NCBI RefSeq assembly: GCF_030144855.1
Contig: NC_082717.1
Coordinates: 106,206,001 to 106,270,000, forward strand
DNA length: 64,000 nucleotides
Source: Hypanus sabinus
Lineage: Eukaryota
Direction: 5' to 3'
Below the pieces are notes generated by a model that saw nothing but the letters and a program-made list of their open reading frames with translations, ran no database searches and was not told where the DNA came from. Made by a program: the position numbers and the translations under genes. How positions within the stretch are numbered: position 1 is the first letter of the stretch; every line of letters starts with the position of its first letter. Positions 1-14,049 of this stretch are shown here, in pieces.

Positions 1-445
1 GCATGTTGAAAATTACCTGTGACTATCGCGTTTTACGTGCCTATTCAATCTACCCTTGTAATTTGTAACCCACATCCTGGATACTGTTTGAAGGTCTGCA
101 TTAATTCCCATCGGGGTCTTTCTACCTTTGCAATTTCTTAACTCTACCCGCAAGGATTCTACATCTTTTGATCCAATGTGTCTTCCTAAGGATTTGATTT
201 CTATTTTTTTTTAAGCAAGAGACCCCAATCCCTCTGTCTGTCTGCCTGTCTTCTTTGATGCAATGTGTATCCTTGGATATTAAGGTCGCAACTATGATCT
301 TCCTTCAGCCACGACTCAGTTAATGCTACAACATTATACATGCCAGTCTCTAATTACATTCAGAGATCATCTATTTTATTCAGTATGTTGCATACATAAA
401 AGTGTAACATATTCGGTCCTGCATTCGTTACCCTTTTCAATTTAG
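1..445 (-). mobile_element. Degraded CR1 LINE fragment (ORF2 endonuclease region)
   Basis: The minus strand resembles the CR1 endonuclease region seen at 29330-29640 and 60760-61100; no intact ORF. Confidence 0.6.
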
Positions 446-656
446 ACAGTTGGATCTGATGTTATTTGAAACAACCTCCCATTTGCTGGAAAAATTGGAC
501 TTTGAATTTACGTCTGTCAGTATCGTCATAATTTCCCTTTTTGCATTTTAATAAATTTGTTGAATTAATCAGTTTGTCACCACAGGAAATTCACTTGACT
601 GATGTAATCAGATTGAAAGTTTGATATAAAAAACCAAGGAGTGATCAACCTCAACA

Positions 657-1530
657 TTCCATAGAAAACCTACAGCACAATACAGGCCATTCAGCCCACA
701 AAGTGTGCCAAATGTGTCCGTAACTTAGAATTACCTAGGGTTACCCATAGCCCTCTATTTTTCTAAGCTCCATGTATCCATCCAGGAGTCTCTTAAAAGA
801 CCCCATTGTTTCTGCCTCTACCACCGCTGCCGGCAGCCCTTCCGTGCACTCACCACTCTCTGTGTAAAAAAACTTACCCCTGACATTTCCTCTGTACCTA
901 CTTCCAAGCTCCTTAAAACTATGCCCTCTCATGGTTGCGATTTCAGCCCTGGGAAAAAGCCTCTGGCTATCCACACGATCAATGCCTCTCATTATCTAGT
1001 ACACTTCTATCAGGTCACTTCTTATCCTCCGTCGCTCCAAGGAGAAAAGGCTGAGTTCACTTAACCTATTCTCATAAGGCATGCTCCCCAATCCAGGCAA
1101 CATACTTGTAAATCTCCTCTACACCCTTTCTATGGTTTCCACGTCCTTCTTGTAGTGAGGCGACGAGAATTGAGCACAGTACTCCAAGTGGGGTCTGACC
1201 AGGGTCCTATATAGTTGCAACATTACCTCTCAGCTCTTAAACTCAGTCTCACGATTGATGAAGGCCAATGCACCGTATGCCTTCTTAACCACAGAGACAA
1301 CCTACATAGCAGCTTTGAGTGTCCTATAGACTCCAACCCCAAGATCCCTCTGTTCCTCCACACTGCCAAGAATCTTGCCATTAATGCTATATTCTGCCAT
1401 CATATTTGGCCTGCCAGAACGAACCACCTCACACTTATCTGGGTTGAACTCCATCTGCCACTTCTCAGCCCAGTTTTACATCCTATCAATGTCCTGCTGT
1501 AACGTCTAACAGACCTCCACATTGTCCGCA
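657..1530 (-). mobile_element. 5'-truncated CR1 LINE (RT C-terminus and 3' UTR)
   Basis: ORF 741-992 (MRGIDRVDSQRLFPR...GSFKRLLDGYM) is the CR1 ORF2 C-terminus; very similar to 34526-35400 and 33077-33508. Confidence 0.85.
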
Positions 1531-1559
1531 CTGTACTTGTCTGCAGTTTGTGTGTAACT

Positions 1560-3000
1560 TGTGCAGGACAACACCTGAACCCCTCTGTACTTCACTCCCA
1601 TTTCTCTCGACATAAATAACAGTCTGCCTTTTGAATCCTCCTCCCACTGGACACACTATCACACTTTACCACATTAAACTCCATTTTCCACAATTCTCCC
1701 ACTCACCAAATATCTTGATATCCTGTTGGAGAGACCAAATGTCCCATCACATGTCCCCATCACATCCCCTGTTACTGATAACCTTGGATCCCCCACACAC
1801 TCTCCCTTCCAGGTGACTGATATCGATAGTAAATAATTGACTGCCCAGAACTGATCCCAGAGACACTCCACTAGTTACATCCTTCTAACCTGAAGCAGAC
1901 CTGTTTATTCTGTCTCTATGTGATAACGAGCCTTCACTCCTTTTTAACTCATTTCTCCCAGTCTTGAGAGTCCTGGTCTTTTGCACCAGCCCTTCATGTG
2001 GCACCTTGTCAAATGCCTTCTGAAAATCCAAACAGGTTCCCTTCTAACATCTAGTAAAACTCTGGCATGTTGGTCAAACATGAGTTGCCTTTCACCAAAC
2101 CAGCTGACAGGGTGTCAAACCAAGTTGCAGAGGGACATGGTGGTGAAGAAATCTTTTGGCACATTGGTCTTCATCAGTCAGTGCACTGTGTGGAGAGATT
2201 GACATGTAGTACGAGATGTTGTAGAGGCCACAACAAAATATTCTTTCTAGTTTTGATTGCAGGAAAGCTGCCTTTAACCTGGGAATAATACAGAGGTGAT
2301 TCACAAGAGTGTTGCTGGGACATTTATGACTGAGTTATGAAGAGAGATTGAGCAGATTTTGACAGTTTTCCTTGGAATATCGGAGAATGAGGGACAAAAT
2401 TTTATAAAATAATGAGTTATAGATAAGGGGGATATGTATGGATATTTTAACAGGGATGAGGAACAGGATGAAGATGGTACAAGATGGTGGTGGGAAGTTG
2501 TTAGTTAGTTAAACTCTACCAGGGATTAGGCCACTGACACAAGCTCGCCGGAGTCCTCTGTCCTGGGCAGTCTTTCAATATTCTTCAGGGGTAACCCATC
2601 TTCTTGGTAGATCCATCCTCTCCCAGGGGTGAAGTCCTTGGAGCTTCTGTAACTCTGTCATTTTACAGAATTGGGTTAGGAAAGGAATAAATGGGGCCTT
2701 TTCTGCTCGGCTACCTGAGGCAAATGATGTTCCACAGGGTGTCAGTGTTCGGACTGCTTCTTTTCAAGTTGTAAGTCAATGATTTGGATGATGGAATTGA
2801 TGGTTTTGTGGTCAGGTTTGTGGATGATACCAGACTACCTGGAGTTACAGGAAGTGTTGAGGAGGCCAGGCGTCTGCAGAAGGACGCAAGTAGACTGGGA
2901 GAATATCAAAGAAGTGGCAAATGGAAAATAGTGGAGGGAAGTGTAATTTCATGCACTCTGATAGAAGGAATAAAGGCTTCCACGATTTTCTAAAAAAGAA
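1560..3000. mobile_element. Mixed old CR1 RT fragments on both strands
   Basis: Contains a YADD-region remnant (FVDDTRL, ORF 2784-2993) and GVPQGSVLG-like DNA; fragmentary. Confidence 0.55.
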
Positions 3001-3897
3001 TATTCAAAATATACTAACCCTAACCACCTCCCCTCATCCCCACCGCTGGCAGCTTCAAACTGAAGGAAAAGGAGCAAATCGCAGCGCAACGACCCTGTAA
3101 TAGACATCTCTCTAATAACCAACTAGAGGGTATTGGGCGATTCTTCACCAACCCTTTAAAAGCAGATCCCAAAGTCTGCTTCTGTACTCCTATCTGGGTA
3201 TTTGACACCATGGGAAACAGGCTCTGACCTTCTATGCCCCTGTCCGCCGAAGGTACCAATCAAAACAGAAAAAAAGGTAACCAGAATCCAGGAACATGAA
3301 CCTCAAAACCCCCAAAAGAAGTCCACAGCCTCGCTGGTGAGTCCTGTCAACATGAATCCCAAGACTCCAGCAGCAGCCGCCCCCGAAAGCGAGGGGAAGA
3401 CCGGTCAAACATAGGCAAACGGTGCCGAAAACCTGCCTGTTCTTACCCTCGTCGGCTTCAGCCTTGCTTGATGACTCATCGGAGAGAAGCAAGGGCGTGG
3501 ATCGTGGGCTCCAGGCTCGCTCTCCCTTCAGAGATTTCAGCCTTTACTATATCAAATTGGTTTCATTGTTGAGACAGATTTTTGCTGATGCATTTAATTG
3601 ACTGAAGTGCGGTTTATTACCAGTGTTGTAACCGTCCAAATCCTATTCTGAATCACATTGAGATTCAGAAAAGGTTCACGATCCTTTCACATAACTTCAG
3701 ATCGCCCCGACCGCAGTTTGCGAACAGTCCAGAACCTGATGCGTTTTAAATAATGAGAAAAAAACTGTCATGTTCTATGAATCAGCGTTTCTACCGATTG
3801 GAAATTCAATCCGAGTATCTGATATCGGAAAACTAACTTTCAGGAACTCTACGGCACTTGTTTTATATATTATTTCTGTTTTTTACAAAATATTTCC

Positions 3898-4340
3898 ACG
3901 ATTTACTAGGATGTTACCTGGGTTTCAGCACTTAAGTTACAGAGAAAGGTTGAACAAGTTAGGTCTCTATTCATTGGAGCGTAGAAGGTTGAGGGGGGAT
4001 TTGATCGGGGTATTTAAAATTTTGAGAGGGATCGATAGAGTTGACGTGAATAGTTTCCATTGAGAGTAGGGGAGATTCAAACGAGAGGACATGATTTGAG
4101 AGTTAGGGGGCAGAAGTTTAAGGGAAACATGAGAGGGTATTTCTTTACTCAGAGTGATAGCTGTGTGGAATGAGCTTCCTGTAGAAGTAGTAGAGGCCAG
4201 TTCAGTTGTGTCATTTAAGGTAAAATTGGATAGGTATATGGACAGGAAAGGAGTGGAGGGTTATGGGCTGAGTGCGGGTAGGTGGGACTAGGAGGGCCGA
4301 GATGGCCTGTTTCCGTGCTGTGATTGTTATGGTTATATGA
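3898..4340 (+). mobile_element. CR1 3' fragment inserted in the flank of H2A copy 1 only
   Basis: Encodes RFTRMLPGFQHLSYRERLNKLGLYSLERRRLRGDL; ends in a GTTAT-type tail near 4326-4340; absent from the homologous flank of H2A copy 2. Confidence 0.85.
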
Positions 4341-4909
4341 TTTGTCCAGTTTTGAACATTGGCCGTTTGTCTTTGTTGTGTGTAGCTTTTCGTAGATTCT
4401 ATTGTTTTTTTTACTTTGTGGGTGCCTGCGTGAAGATGAAATTCAAGGTTGTCTATGTACACAGATCTTGATAATAAATGTACTTTGAACACTAAACTTA
4501 ATTCAGTTTACATTATATGGATCAGGGTCATGTGACGGTTCCTATTCACAAACATCTGTAATTAGAACAGTCTAGAAATATTTTCCGCTTGGACTTTACG
4601 ATTTTGGTTGAGGCACAGCTCCTATTGCCGCCTGTTCGTGAGTTAACGAAGCTGTTTCACTCACCAATGGGTATGAGAGATTTACCGCCAATCAAGCGCC
4701 GCTCTACAGGATCCCGGAAGTAGAGACAACAGCGGGGGAAAAAATCATTTTCTATGAAATGAAGTGATCCGGGAATGGGAGAGAATCCGGGTGAGCACTC
4801 TGCACAGATTCTTTTAAGGGAGGAAATGCGATTTAGACCAAGTTTAAGTTGCTTGGTGTGTACAACAGACACACAGAACGGAAATCCCCGGACCCACCCC
4901 AGCCGGTGC

Positions 4910-4951
4910 TCAGCCCTTCCACAGACAATCTGAGTGGCTCTGAAAAGAGCC
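4910..4951 (-). terminator. Histone 3' stem-loop (4936-4951) and HDE of H2A copy 1
   Basis: Minus strand reads GGCTCTTTTCAGAGCC-ACTCA, then purine-rich GTGGAAGGGCTG. Confidence 0.95.
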
Positions 4952-4981
4952 TTTGGGTTTCTAAATTGTCGCTTTGTCTCT

Positions 4982-5413
<432 letters not shown>

Positions 5414-5420
5414 TCACCAA

Positions 5421-5560
5421 TTTTATAGCTTCTCGAGGACTGCGGAAGGACACTTATGATTGGTGGGGCAATGCTTTCTCCGATTGGTGATGTGGAATCA
5501 CCCAATCAGCGAGCTGCCCAATTCTCCAATGAGCAGACAGTAGCAAAAGAAGCGCGAAAA
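5421..5560 (-). promoter_or_regulatory. H2A copy 1 promoter: TATA, several CCAAT boxes, E2F-like site
   Basis: TATAAAA on the minus strand at about 5421-5427; ATTGG/CCAAT at about 5459, 5483, 5502, 5518 and 5526; GCGCGAAA at 5552-5559. Confidence 0.75.
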
Positions 5561-6169
5561 ATAACTGTCACTCCCCAAAAGGACATGAAATTTGAACAAG
5601 CTCCAAAGTATATTTATTATCAAAGTATGCATACTATATACAACCTTGAGATCCATCTCATTAGAAGCAGTCACAAAACAAAGAAACCCGACGAAACTCA
5701 TTAAAAAAGACTGTGAAACACCCAACATGCAAAAGATGAAAACAATGAAACAACTTATTAAAACAATAAAAGATAAACAAATAATACTGAGAACTAAAGT
5801 TCATGAAAGTGAGTTCATAGACATGAAGCTGGTCATAGCTGGGGGGGGGGGGGAGCTGGAGCACCTAGAGGAAGCCCATGCATTCCATGGGGAATTACCT
5901 CCCCTTGTCTCCGCCCTCCCCCTCACCAAAACTGTACTGAAACTTCTACACAGAATTGTCAGATTTATATGGATATTGGCAAGTTGAAATCTGTACGGCT
6001 TCTAATTGCTTATGTGCAAACACAAAATACCAATCATGACAAATTCTTACAGGTCATTCATAATAATCAAGAAAACTGTATGTTATTTACTCTTTTAAAA
6101 AATTTAGTCCAATCAAAGTCACCAATTACACTGGACAACAAAGATTTTGCTTCCTGAATAATTTGAGTA

Positions 6170-7030
6170 GTATCTTGGGGAATCCCAGAGATGGTTAATT
6201 GGGTACACACATCGGAGAGATGGAGGAGTAGTGTGTGGTGACGAAGGGGGCATCTCATACTCAGGAAGGATAAAGGGCATCACAAAGATAGAAGGTGAAA
6301 GGTATGTTAAATAAATGGGTTGGTGTGTTGGATAAGGAGGTGGGAGTGGGGCATCACAGAAATGGGTGTGGGAGGTGGGGGAAGGGAAATTCTAGAGTTA
6401 GGATTGAGGGTGAGAAGAGGAGGAAGGGGACATTCCATTATGACTAGGGAAGGAGACAAAGGAACCTGGAACAAGGGATGTCAAGGGTGTCGTGGAGATG
6501 AGTGTGGGGATGTGTGGAATGGGATAGGGCACAGGGAATTGTTCCAGAGACAAGGAAGAAGTTGTCCCAGAGACCGGATGGGTGAGGGAGGATACAGGGC
6601 ATCCAGAAACAGAGAAGGGGAGAAAGGTTGCATCCTAGAGAGTGTGACACAGTGATGGGGTGAGAGAGAGGTGCAAAAGGGACCTAGATACTGGGGGAGG
6701 AGTGAGAGTCAGAAATGGGGTAGGTGGATGGAGGAGATCCTGAGACCAGGGGAAGGAGATGACCCACAGATGGGGAATGAAGAATAAGAGAACTGGTAAT
6801 GTGTGAGTGCGGAAGGATGAATCCCAGAAATGGGATGGGAGGTGGGAAGGGGTGACCCAGAGACATGGGAGAGAGGAAGTGGGCCAACACAGGAGGGAGA
6901 GACAGTGGGTGGAATGTTGTAATCCTAATGTGTGGGTGGGGTGTCCCAGAAACGATGGGGGTGGCTGGAAGAAGACAACCCCGAGACAGGGATGGGGTGG
7001 GGGTAAGGGGAGGAGGGGGAACAGGACAAC
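6170..7030 (+). repeat. Purine-rich degenerate minisatellite-like tract
   Basis: Strong G/A bias with recurring GGGGTGACCCAGAGA-like and GGAGATCCTGAGAC-like motifs; related to 13400-13975. Confidence 0.55.
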
Positions 7031-7039
7031 TGTTCAACT

Positions 7040-7560
7040 CTCATTCCTGCTTTTTGTTCCCAATACAAAATTTCTGATGATTTGATATATTTCCCATCAA
7101 TGCTCAAATGATGAAGGATTCTTGTAAGCTCTTCACGTCTCACCTTATCAAAACCTTTGGTGTAATCGATGAAAGATGGGTAGAAGTCTTTCTGGACCTC
7201 GATGGAGTGCTTACAAATCATTCTGAGGAGGAAGACTGCATTTCATGTTTCACTATTTTCAATGAAGCCACACTACTCTTGCATGATCTCCAGTTCCATG
7301 ACTTTTCTTTCCCTAATCATGATTCATATTAGGATTTCCACACCATGACTCGTCAAATTGGTGCAACTCACGTTCAATTGCTCTAGGTTTTTATGACAGT
7401 GCAATAAATACTGACTTGCTCATCTCCTCAGGTACTTCTCTCACTATCATATATATCATTCAGCAAATCTGTCAACCTTTTCTCTTCTTCTCTTTTCTCA
7501 TTTTCAGTATCACTCATTTGACACATCCAGCGCTGCCTTTTTAAACTTCAACCAGCTTGG
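7040..7560 (-). mobile_element. RTE-clade LINE RT fragment
   Basis: ORF 6925-7221 contains FIDYTKGFDKVRREEL...IDGK, typical of an RTE RT. Confidence 0.65.
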
Positions 7561-8259
7561 TGTGTTCTCTATACCAAGCTTCAGAGCTTCAAATCTGTTT
7601 GTCACTGCTACAGTGTATTTTACATTCTTGTACTAACCTGATCTTTCAAGCAAGCCAGGTCTCTGAAGTTATAACTAACTTCTATAGTTTAGCTCAATAT
7701 AGAAGGGATTAGTTTTGCCACTGCAATTGTGTCAGGAATGGTCTTTGACAGTTATACCAAACGAACATCAGCTTTCCGACGTCTCTCAAAAATTAGAAGC
7801 TCCGCAGCCCAGAGCAGATTGTGGCAAGTATCGACCTTTCGGTGATTCATGCTGTGGGTCTTTGGATTTGAAACACAGTTTTGTATGGTCAAACATTGCC
7901 ATGTACAGTTGGTGGACTGGAAAGCTGTATACTGGTGTTTGCCTGAAGTGTTCAACCCTTGGTTCTGTTGAAAAGCTGAAGAATTGAACTGCCATTGTTT
8001 TAACTGGTTTGTGCACTTGGAAGACAAAATGAGTTCAGCTGGAAGCAGTAATCTTGCAGCCAAGACTAAGAGAAAACTTAATCAAATATGTGATGTTGAA
8101 GGTCAATTCCCTGGGGCAGATGAAAATATCTGCTAAGGCAAAGAACAGGCTGTGACTACAGATAAAGTTGAAGACAGTGTGTCCAATGTGTTTGCCGCAT
8201 GTTCTGCAGTCACTAGCAGAGAAACCCACGCATCTGTTACCACATTGGTACACATTGTT

Positions 8260-9785
8260 CCAATGGTCCACATTGAAAAGCTACAGAACCTGGGCCTCTG
8301 AACCTCCCTCTGCAACTGTATCCTCGACTTCCTAACCAGAAGACCACAATCTGTGTGGATTGGTAATAACATCTCCACCTTGGTGCCAACTGACACAGGC
8401 ACATCTCACGGATGTGTGTTTAGTTCACTGGTCTACTCTCTCTATACCCATGACTGTGTGGCTAGGCACAGCTCAAATGCCATCTAATAATTTGCTGATG
8501 ATACAACCATTGTTGGCAGAATCTCAGATGGTGATTTGGTGGGTGTAGATATGCAAGATATACTTGCTCGTTGAGTGGTGTCGCAGCAACAACCTTGCAC
8601 TCAAGATCAAAGAGATGATTGTGAACTTCAGAAAGGGTAAGATGAGGGAACACACACCAGGCCCCATACAGGAATCAGAAGTGGAGAGAGCGAGCAATTT
8701 CAAGTTCCTGAGTGCCAATATCTCTGAGAATCTAACTTGATCCCAGCATATCGATGCAGCCACAGAGAAGGCAAGACAGTGGCTATATTTTATTAGGAGT
8801 TTGAGGAGATTTGGTCTGTCACTTATAACACTCAAAAAATTCTGTAGATGAACCGTGGAGTGAATTCTGATAGTCTGCATCACTGTCTGGTATGGTGTGG
8901 GGGTTGGGGGGGAGTGTGCTACTGCACAGGATCAAAGTAAGCTGCAGAAACTTGTAAAATTAGTCAGCTCCATCTTGGGTACTCGTTTCTGTAGTATCCA
9001 AGACATTTTCACGGAGCATTGCCTTAGGGAGGGTGTCCATCATTAAGGATCCCCACCACCCAGGACATGCCCTCTTCTCAATGTTACCATCAGGACGGAG
9101 GCACAGAAGTCTGGAGGCACTCACTCAGCAATGCAGGAACAGCATTTTCCCCTCTGCCATCCGATTTCTAAACGGACAATGAACCCATGAACACAAGCTC
9201 GCCATTTTTTAAATTTCTGTTTTGGCACTTTTTGTTCCAATTTAACTATTTTATATATACTTTTTCCTCATGTAGTTTCTCCTTGCTGGTGACACATGGT
9301 AACTGAACTTCTTTCAGGCTCAGGCTGAACTACAGAGGACAGGGAGGAGGTCTGGCCCCAGCATACACAGCACGTAGGACACGCCCTGGTGCTCATGAAC
9401 TAGATCCCCAGCTGGTGGTTAATAGCCCCAATGCCTTATAGGCAGCCTCAGGAGAGGTGAAGGCTACGGGAGTAAACCCAGACAGCAGATCCGGAGTGGA
9501 GCCCCTGAGGCAGCTGGACGTCATTGAACATCCTTCCGGCAGCTCCTGCAGCCAAGCTGGTGCCAAACGTATTGCTTCATAAGCTTTCCTTTGGACTATA
9601 CTGGTAAAGCTGAGAGGGGGATCTTGATGACTAGGCATCTCAGGATTTCCATACCTTCCACCCAGACTTGTGATGATACTGTCATTCATTTTTTTCTCTA
9701 TTTTCATGTAGTGCATTGTATTGCTGCCGCAAAGTTAACAAATTTCACAACGTATGCCAGTGATGTTAAACCTGATTCTGATTAA
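8260..9785 (+). mobile_element. Rex1/Babar-type LINE 3' part, interrupted at about 9290-9670 by unrelated repeat DNA
   Basis: Encodes IEKLQNLGL.TSLCN.ILDFL and FADDTT remnants; homologous to 42341-43990; CTGATT-type tail near 9772-9783. Confidence 0.75.
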
Positions 9786-9789
9786 ATTG

Positions 9790-11720
9790 GAGGCTGATTT
9801 TGCTGAGTTATGCACAATACAACAGATACTGAGGGATAGACACGCCTTGGTGGAACAGACAGAATGGCTTCGTAGAGACCAGGAAGAAAACATGGAACAG
9901 CTTTGAAGAAACCAAAAAGGTATGGAAAATTAGCTTTGGAGAAAAATGGAACAGCTTAAGTTGCAGGAGAAAATTGCAGGCAAGATGGCCAAAGTTAAAG
10001 TGCAAAGGCTTCAAGTGCTGTGAGTGTTAAACATGCTCCAGTGGAGCAATTCTTCAATGTTGATGTATAACAGAGAAAATCCAATGGCAGGGCTTTTAAG
10101 GAACAAATGTGTATGAGTCATGAGTTAGAACCCCAAGGGGCAGTTCACTCTCAGCCTGCACCAAGGAGGTACTCTGAACCTTTGCCATGTCCAGTAACAC
10201 AAGGTGCTTCTGAGAATATTGATTTTCAGTATGAAGACACTCGTGTTTCAGGTAATAAAGGTCTAAATGCCACGCTTGAGGCCATGAGAACACAAAAGGA
10301 AATAACAAGCATAGTGATACAAGAAGAACAGATGGCATCTCTGCCTAAAAGAAAGATTTAAATTGTCAATGGCAATCCATTTATGAAGATCTTCATTTCA
10401 AATGAATTCAATTTATTTTTGAATGCAAGACTGATAATTATGGTGACCATCTTTATTTTCTCAAACTGTTCACTGAAAGATACCTTAGAGAGCTTGACAA
10501 ACATTGCCAGTGGGCCAGCCCGGAGCAAAGATCTCTAAAGGCCCAAGCTTTACTACAGGAACATTTTGGTGTAGAGCACAGAATTGCTGCGGTCTACATG
10601 GAAAAGCCTCTTTCTAGGCCACATGTTAAATCAGAAGCTGTAGAAGTTCTTCAAGACCACAGCCTTTTTCTTAGAAGTTGTTCCAGTGCCATGGGAGATG
10701 TGCAGGATCTGCCTGCTAATATAAGGATTGTTGTAAATAAATCCCCCAGTGAAGTCTGGACAAATGGAGATCTACAGTTTGTAAACTGCAAGAAAGGCAC
10801 AACCATAAGGTTACTGTCACTGACATTGTGGATTTTATTGAAAGGCAAGTAAGGATTGCTACACACCCAGTATTTGGAAAAAGATACAAAGCTACATCAC
10901 CGACAGTAAGTGAAGGTGTGCACAGAACTGGATCACTAATTCATTCTCAAGCTAAAGGAAGCTGTTTTGCCACTTCTGTGGCTACTGTGGAACGTGAAGC
11001 TGAAACTGAGCCTGGAGCTGATGTAGATTCGTTATAAACCATGAATGAAGCAAACACAGCAGCGAGTACCGCCCTGGTATCTACTGGCCTTAGAGAGGCT
11101 GGTGATCATGATTGTAAACTTCCAGTTCAGGTGAAGTCTAAGAAGAGTAACAAGACAATGGTTACTTATGCTTTTCTAGATCAAGGAAATACAGCAGTGT
11201 TCTGCACAGTGAGCCTCATGAACAAGCTCAACCTGACAGGAAAAGGAACACCCATTCATTCTCTTATGCACCGTGGGCCAAGAGAAAGTTGTAAATAGCT
11301 ACTTTATTTCAGGATTGGAAGTGGCTGACTCAGACAGGGAAAACTATTGTGACCTGCCTAACACCTATGCCTTCCTACAAGGGTACTACTCCTCGTCAGA
11401 GCAATCTTCAGGAATGGTCTCACCTGAAGCATGTTTATTTACTGAAATTGAGCTGCTGATCAGGGTAACTGTATGTAAGGCATTGGAACCATTGCAAGTA
11501 ATTTGCAGTGTTAATGTTGGACTCTACACAACCAGAAAAATGCTGAGTTGGACCACTGAAAAGAGACCACAGTGGTGGAAAAGACTATGCACAGCCAGAG
11601 CTGACAGTTAATGGGGCTTTAGTGTTGCACTTAAATGAGTGTTGGCAACAGAGATTCAAGACAGATTTTCCTGAATGCAGTGAGGCGGGACCACCTGGTT
11701 TCAGAGGAGATCTCAGTCCA
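9790..11720 (+). mobile_element. Degraded BEL/Pao LTR retrotransposon gag-protease region
   Basis: SLPKR..., RQVRIATHPVFG, PVQVK...TYAFLDQGNTAVFC (aspartic protease) and KALEP motifs across frameshifted ORFs. Confidence 0.7.
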
Positions 11721-12139
11721 GGAGAGAATGCTTACCGAAAGAGGACATCTGTGTAAATGTTGAGATTTCATGTTTCCTGTACCTTAGTAGCATGTAATTG
11801 TAATTATTACAGTATAATAATTAAGGGGCTGGAATGTAGGATCCATGAATCTATTCTCTATTTGCTTTCTGTTCTGTATTCCGCATTCATTACTTTCCTT
11901 ATGGTAACCACTCACACGAATGGGGGTGTGGTAAAAGCAAAGAGAAGTTATGTATTCTTGCTTATTTTGTGACACTTTGTAGCCTGGGACTAGCGAAGGT
12001 CATCTCTTTTGCTGACCACCGAATAATGCTGAGAGAATGCTCAGCTTTGCTTAATTGTATATTTGCTAATGCTAATAAAGGATACACTTGATGTTTGGAG
12101 CAATCATTGGAGCCATGGGCACATCATGGAAGTGTTACA

Positions 12140-13140
12140 AGTCTGTACGGTCACAGGCAAGCAGCAATTGTTTTGTTTGGATTTTGAATTAGTTTTGCCA
12201 CTTAGTGACCACAGTAAGTAATCCTTGGTTTAAAGAATTCACTCTTGTTGTATCATACTGAGCCCATGATCTTCTAATCATTTTAACACTGTCTTGAAAT
12301 TTTGAAGATGTTCCTTGCCATCCTTCCTGATAACAATGGTGTCATTCAGTTAACACAGTGCCTGGGCATCCTTGCAGCACGTGGTCCATAGCCTTCTGCC
12401 AGAGTGCAGGAGCAGATGTTATTCCAAAAACAAGCTTATTATAGCGATAAAGCCTTTTTTGTTTTTTATGGTGAGAAACACTTTGGAATCATCAATTTGC
12501 AGGTTGGCCTCAGCTAATTCCACTTTGCTGAAGTATTTTCCTCCAGAAGGGTTTGCAAAGATATCCTCTATCCTGGGTGGAGGACATTGATCTACTTTCA
12601 GTACAGGGTTTATGGTGACACAGATCCTGACAGACCCATGCTTCTTGGCTACCGGGACCACTGGTGTTGCTCATGGCTCCACTCAACCTTGGAATGAATT
12701 CCTTCAGTCTCCATGTAATCCAGCTCACTGGCTACTTTATCATGGATGGTATAAGGAACTGGACAGGCTTTTAAAAACTTGGTGTGGCATTTTTTATTTA
12801 ACACTGTTTTACACTTGATATGTTTGAGTTTTCTAATGCCATCCCTGTACAGTGCTGTGGCATTATCCATTACCTTTATTGACACTTCCAGTTGACTCTT
12901 CCACAGGGAATGTGGTATGCAACTGGTGGATGAAACTCCAATCCAGTTTAGTTGTCTCAGACAATCATGGCCCCACAATGCTGGCCCTCTTTTTGGTTGT
13001 TGTTACGAATGTCTTTCCTGCTGGAGTTATCTTTTCTCTTAGTCGGATATCTGCAGAATTCAGATCAGTATCTTTGAAACTCCATTCAAGCTCATTTTGT
13101 GGAATTACTGGAACAACTGAGCCAGTGTCCAATTTCATTT
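12140..13140 (-). mobile_element. Degraded Gypsy-type pol (protease and RT)
   Basis: LDTGS protease motif; VRIC..INPVL..D..P.PRIEDIFA..SGGKYFSKVEL RT motif. Confidence 0.75.
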
Positions 13141-13399
13141 TAATTACCATGCCACTTCTCTGTTGTCCCACATACAGCACGTGGATCAACGCATTCCACC
13201 TGCCCCTCCTGAAGAAGAGTACTCCAAAGCAGAAAAAAACTAATTTATTAATATTGCAGTAATATTGTATGTGTGTGTATATATAGTTTGATTAAGCATT
13301 CTTTGTTCAAATAATTTATTCTTTCCACAATTTAGTTTTTATGTTTTGGATTACAAAACACAACAGAGGCAATGAAGAAGTTTTAAGTGGACCTGAACC

Positions 13400-13975
13400 G
13401 ACTACTGACCAAGAAACGGTAGGAGTGTTGGGCAAGAGGGTAACCCAGAGATGGATAGAGGGTGGGGTTAAGGGGAGAAGCTTAGAAAAGAGCTGCATAC
13501 AGAGCAGATGCAGAAGTGCAAAAACTAGGGATAGGTGGGGGTGGGCATTGTGAAGGGAGAGGGCTAAACCAGAACAGGCTGAGGGGGATGGGGAAGGGGT
13601 GACCCAGAGAGGAGTGAGCAGTGATTTGGAAGAGGTAGGGGTGACTCAGTGATGGAAGTTGTGGGGTTGTGAGAAGGAGGTGATCTAAGAGATGAAGGTG
13701 GTGAGGAAGGGATTGGGTAGTCCCAGAATGAGTGGAGGAATGGGTCAACCAATAACCACAGGAAAACAGAAGGGAGTGTCCTAGTGAAGTGAAGGGGTAA
13801 GCTCATCAAGGAGAATGGGGGCAGCCCAGAGGTGCAGGAAAGAGGAGTGACTGAGAGAAGGGGTAGAGGAGAGGATTGGGGAGCAACACAAAGACTGGTG
13901 AGAGGGATAACCTGAAAAACTGGGGGTTAGAGGGAGATCCTGAGACGGAGAGGGGGTGCTGATTAGGGGAGAAAC
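13400..13975 (+). repeat. Purine-rich degenerate minisatellite-like tract
   Basis: Shares GGGAAGGGGTGACCCAGAGA and GGAGATCCTGAGAC with 6170-7030. Confidence 0.55.
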
Positions 13976-14049
13976 GTCAGGTTTATTGCCCTCCATTGAT
14001 GCTCCCTGACTTGCTGAGTTCCTTCAACACTTTGTGTATGTGTGTGTAA

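Noticed and set aside
7580-8260. Short ORFs that might be a transposase or host exon
   Set aside because: No motif I can recognise with confidence.
11750-12140. Possible LTR next to the Gypsy/BEL fragments
   Set aside because: It has AATAAA and TG/CA-like ends, but I found no TSD or partner LTR.
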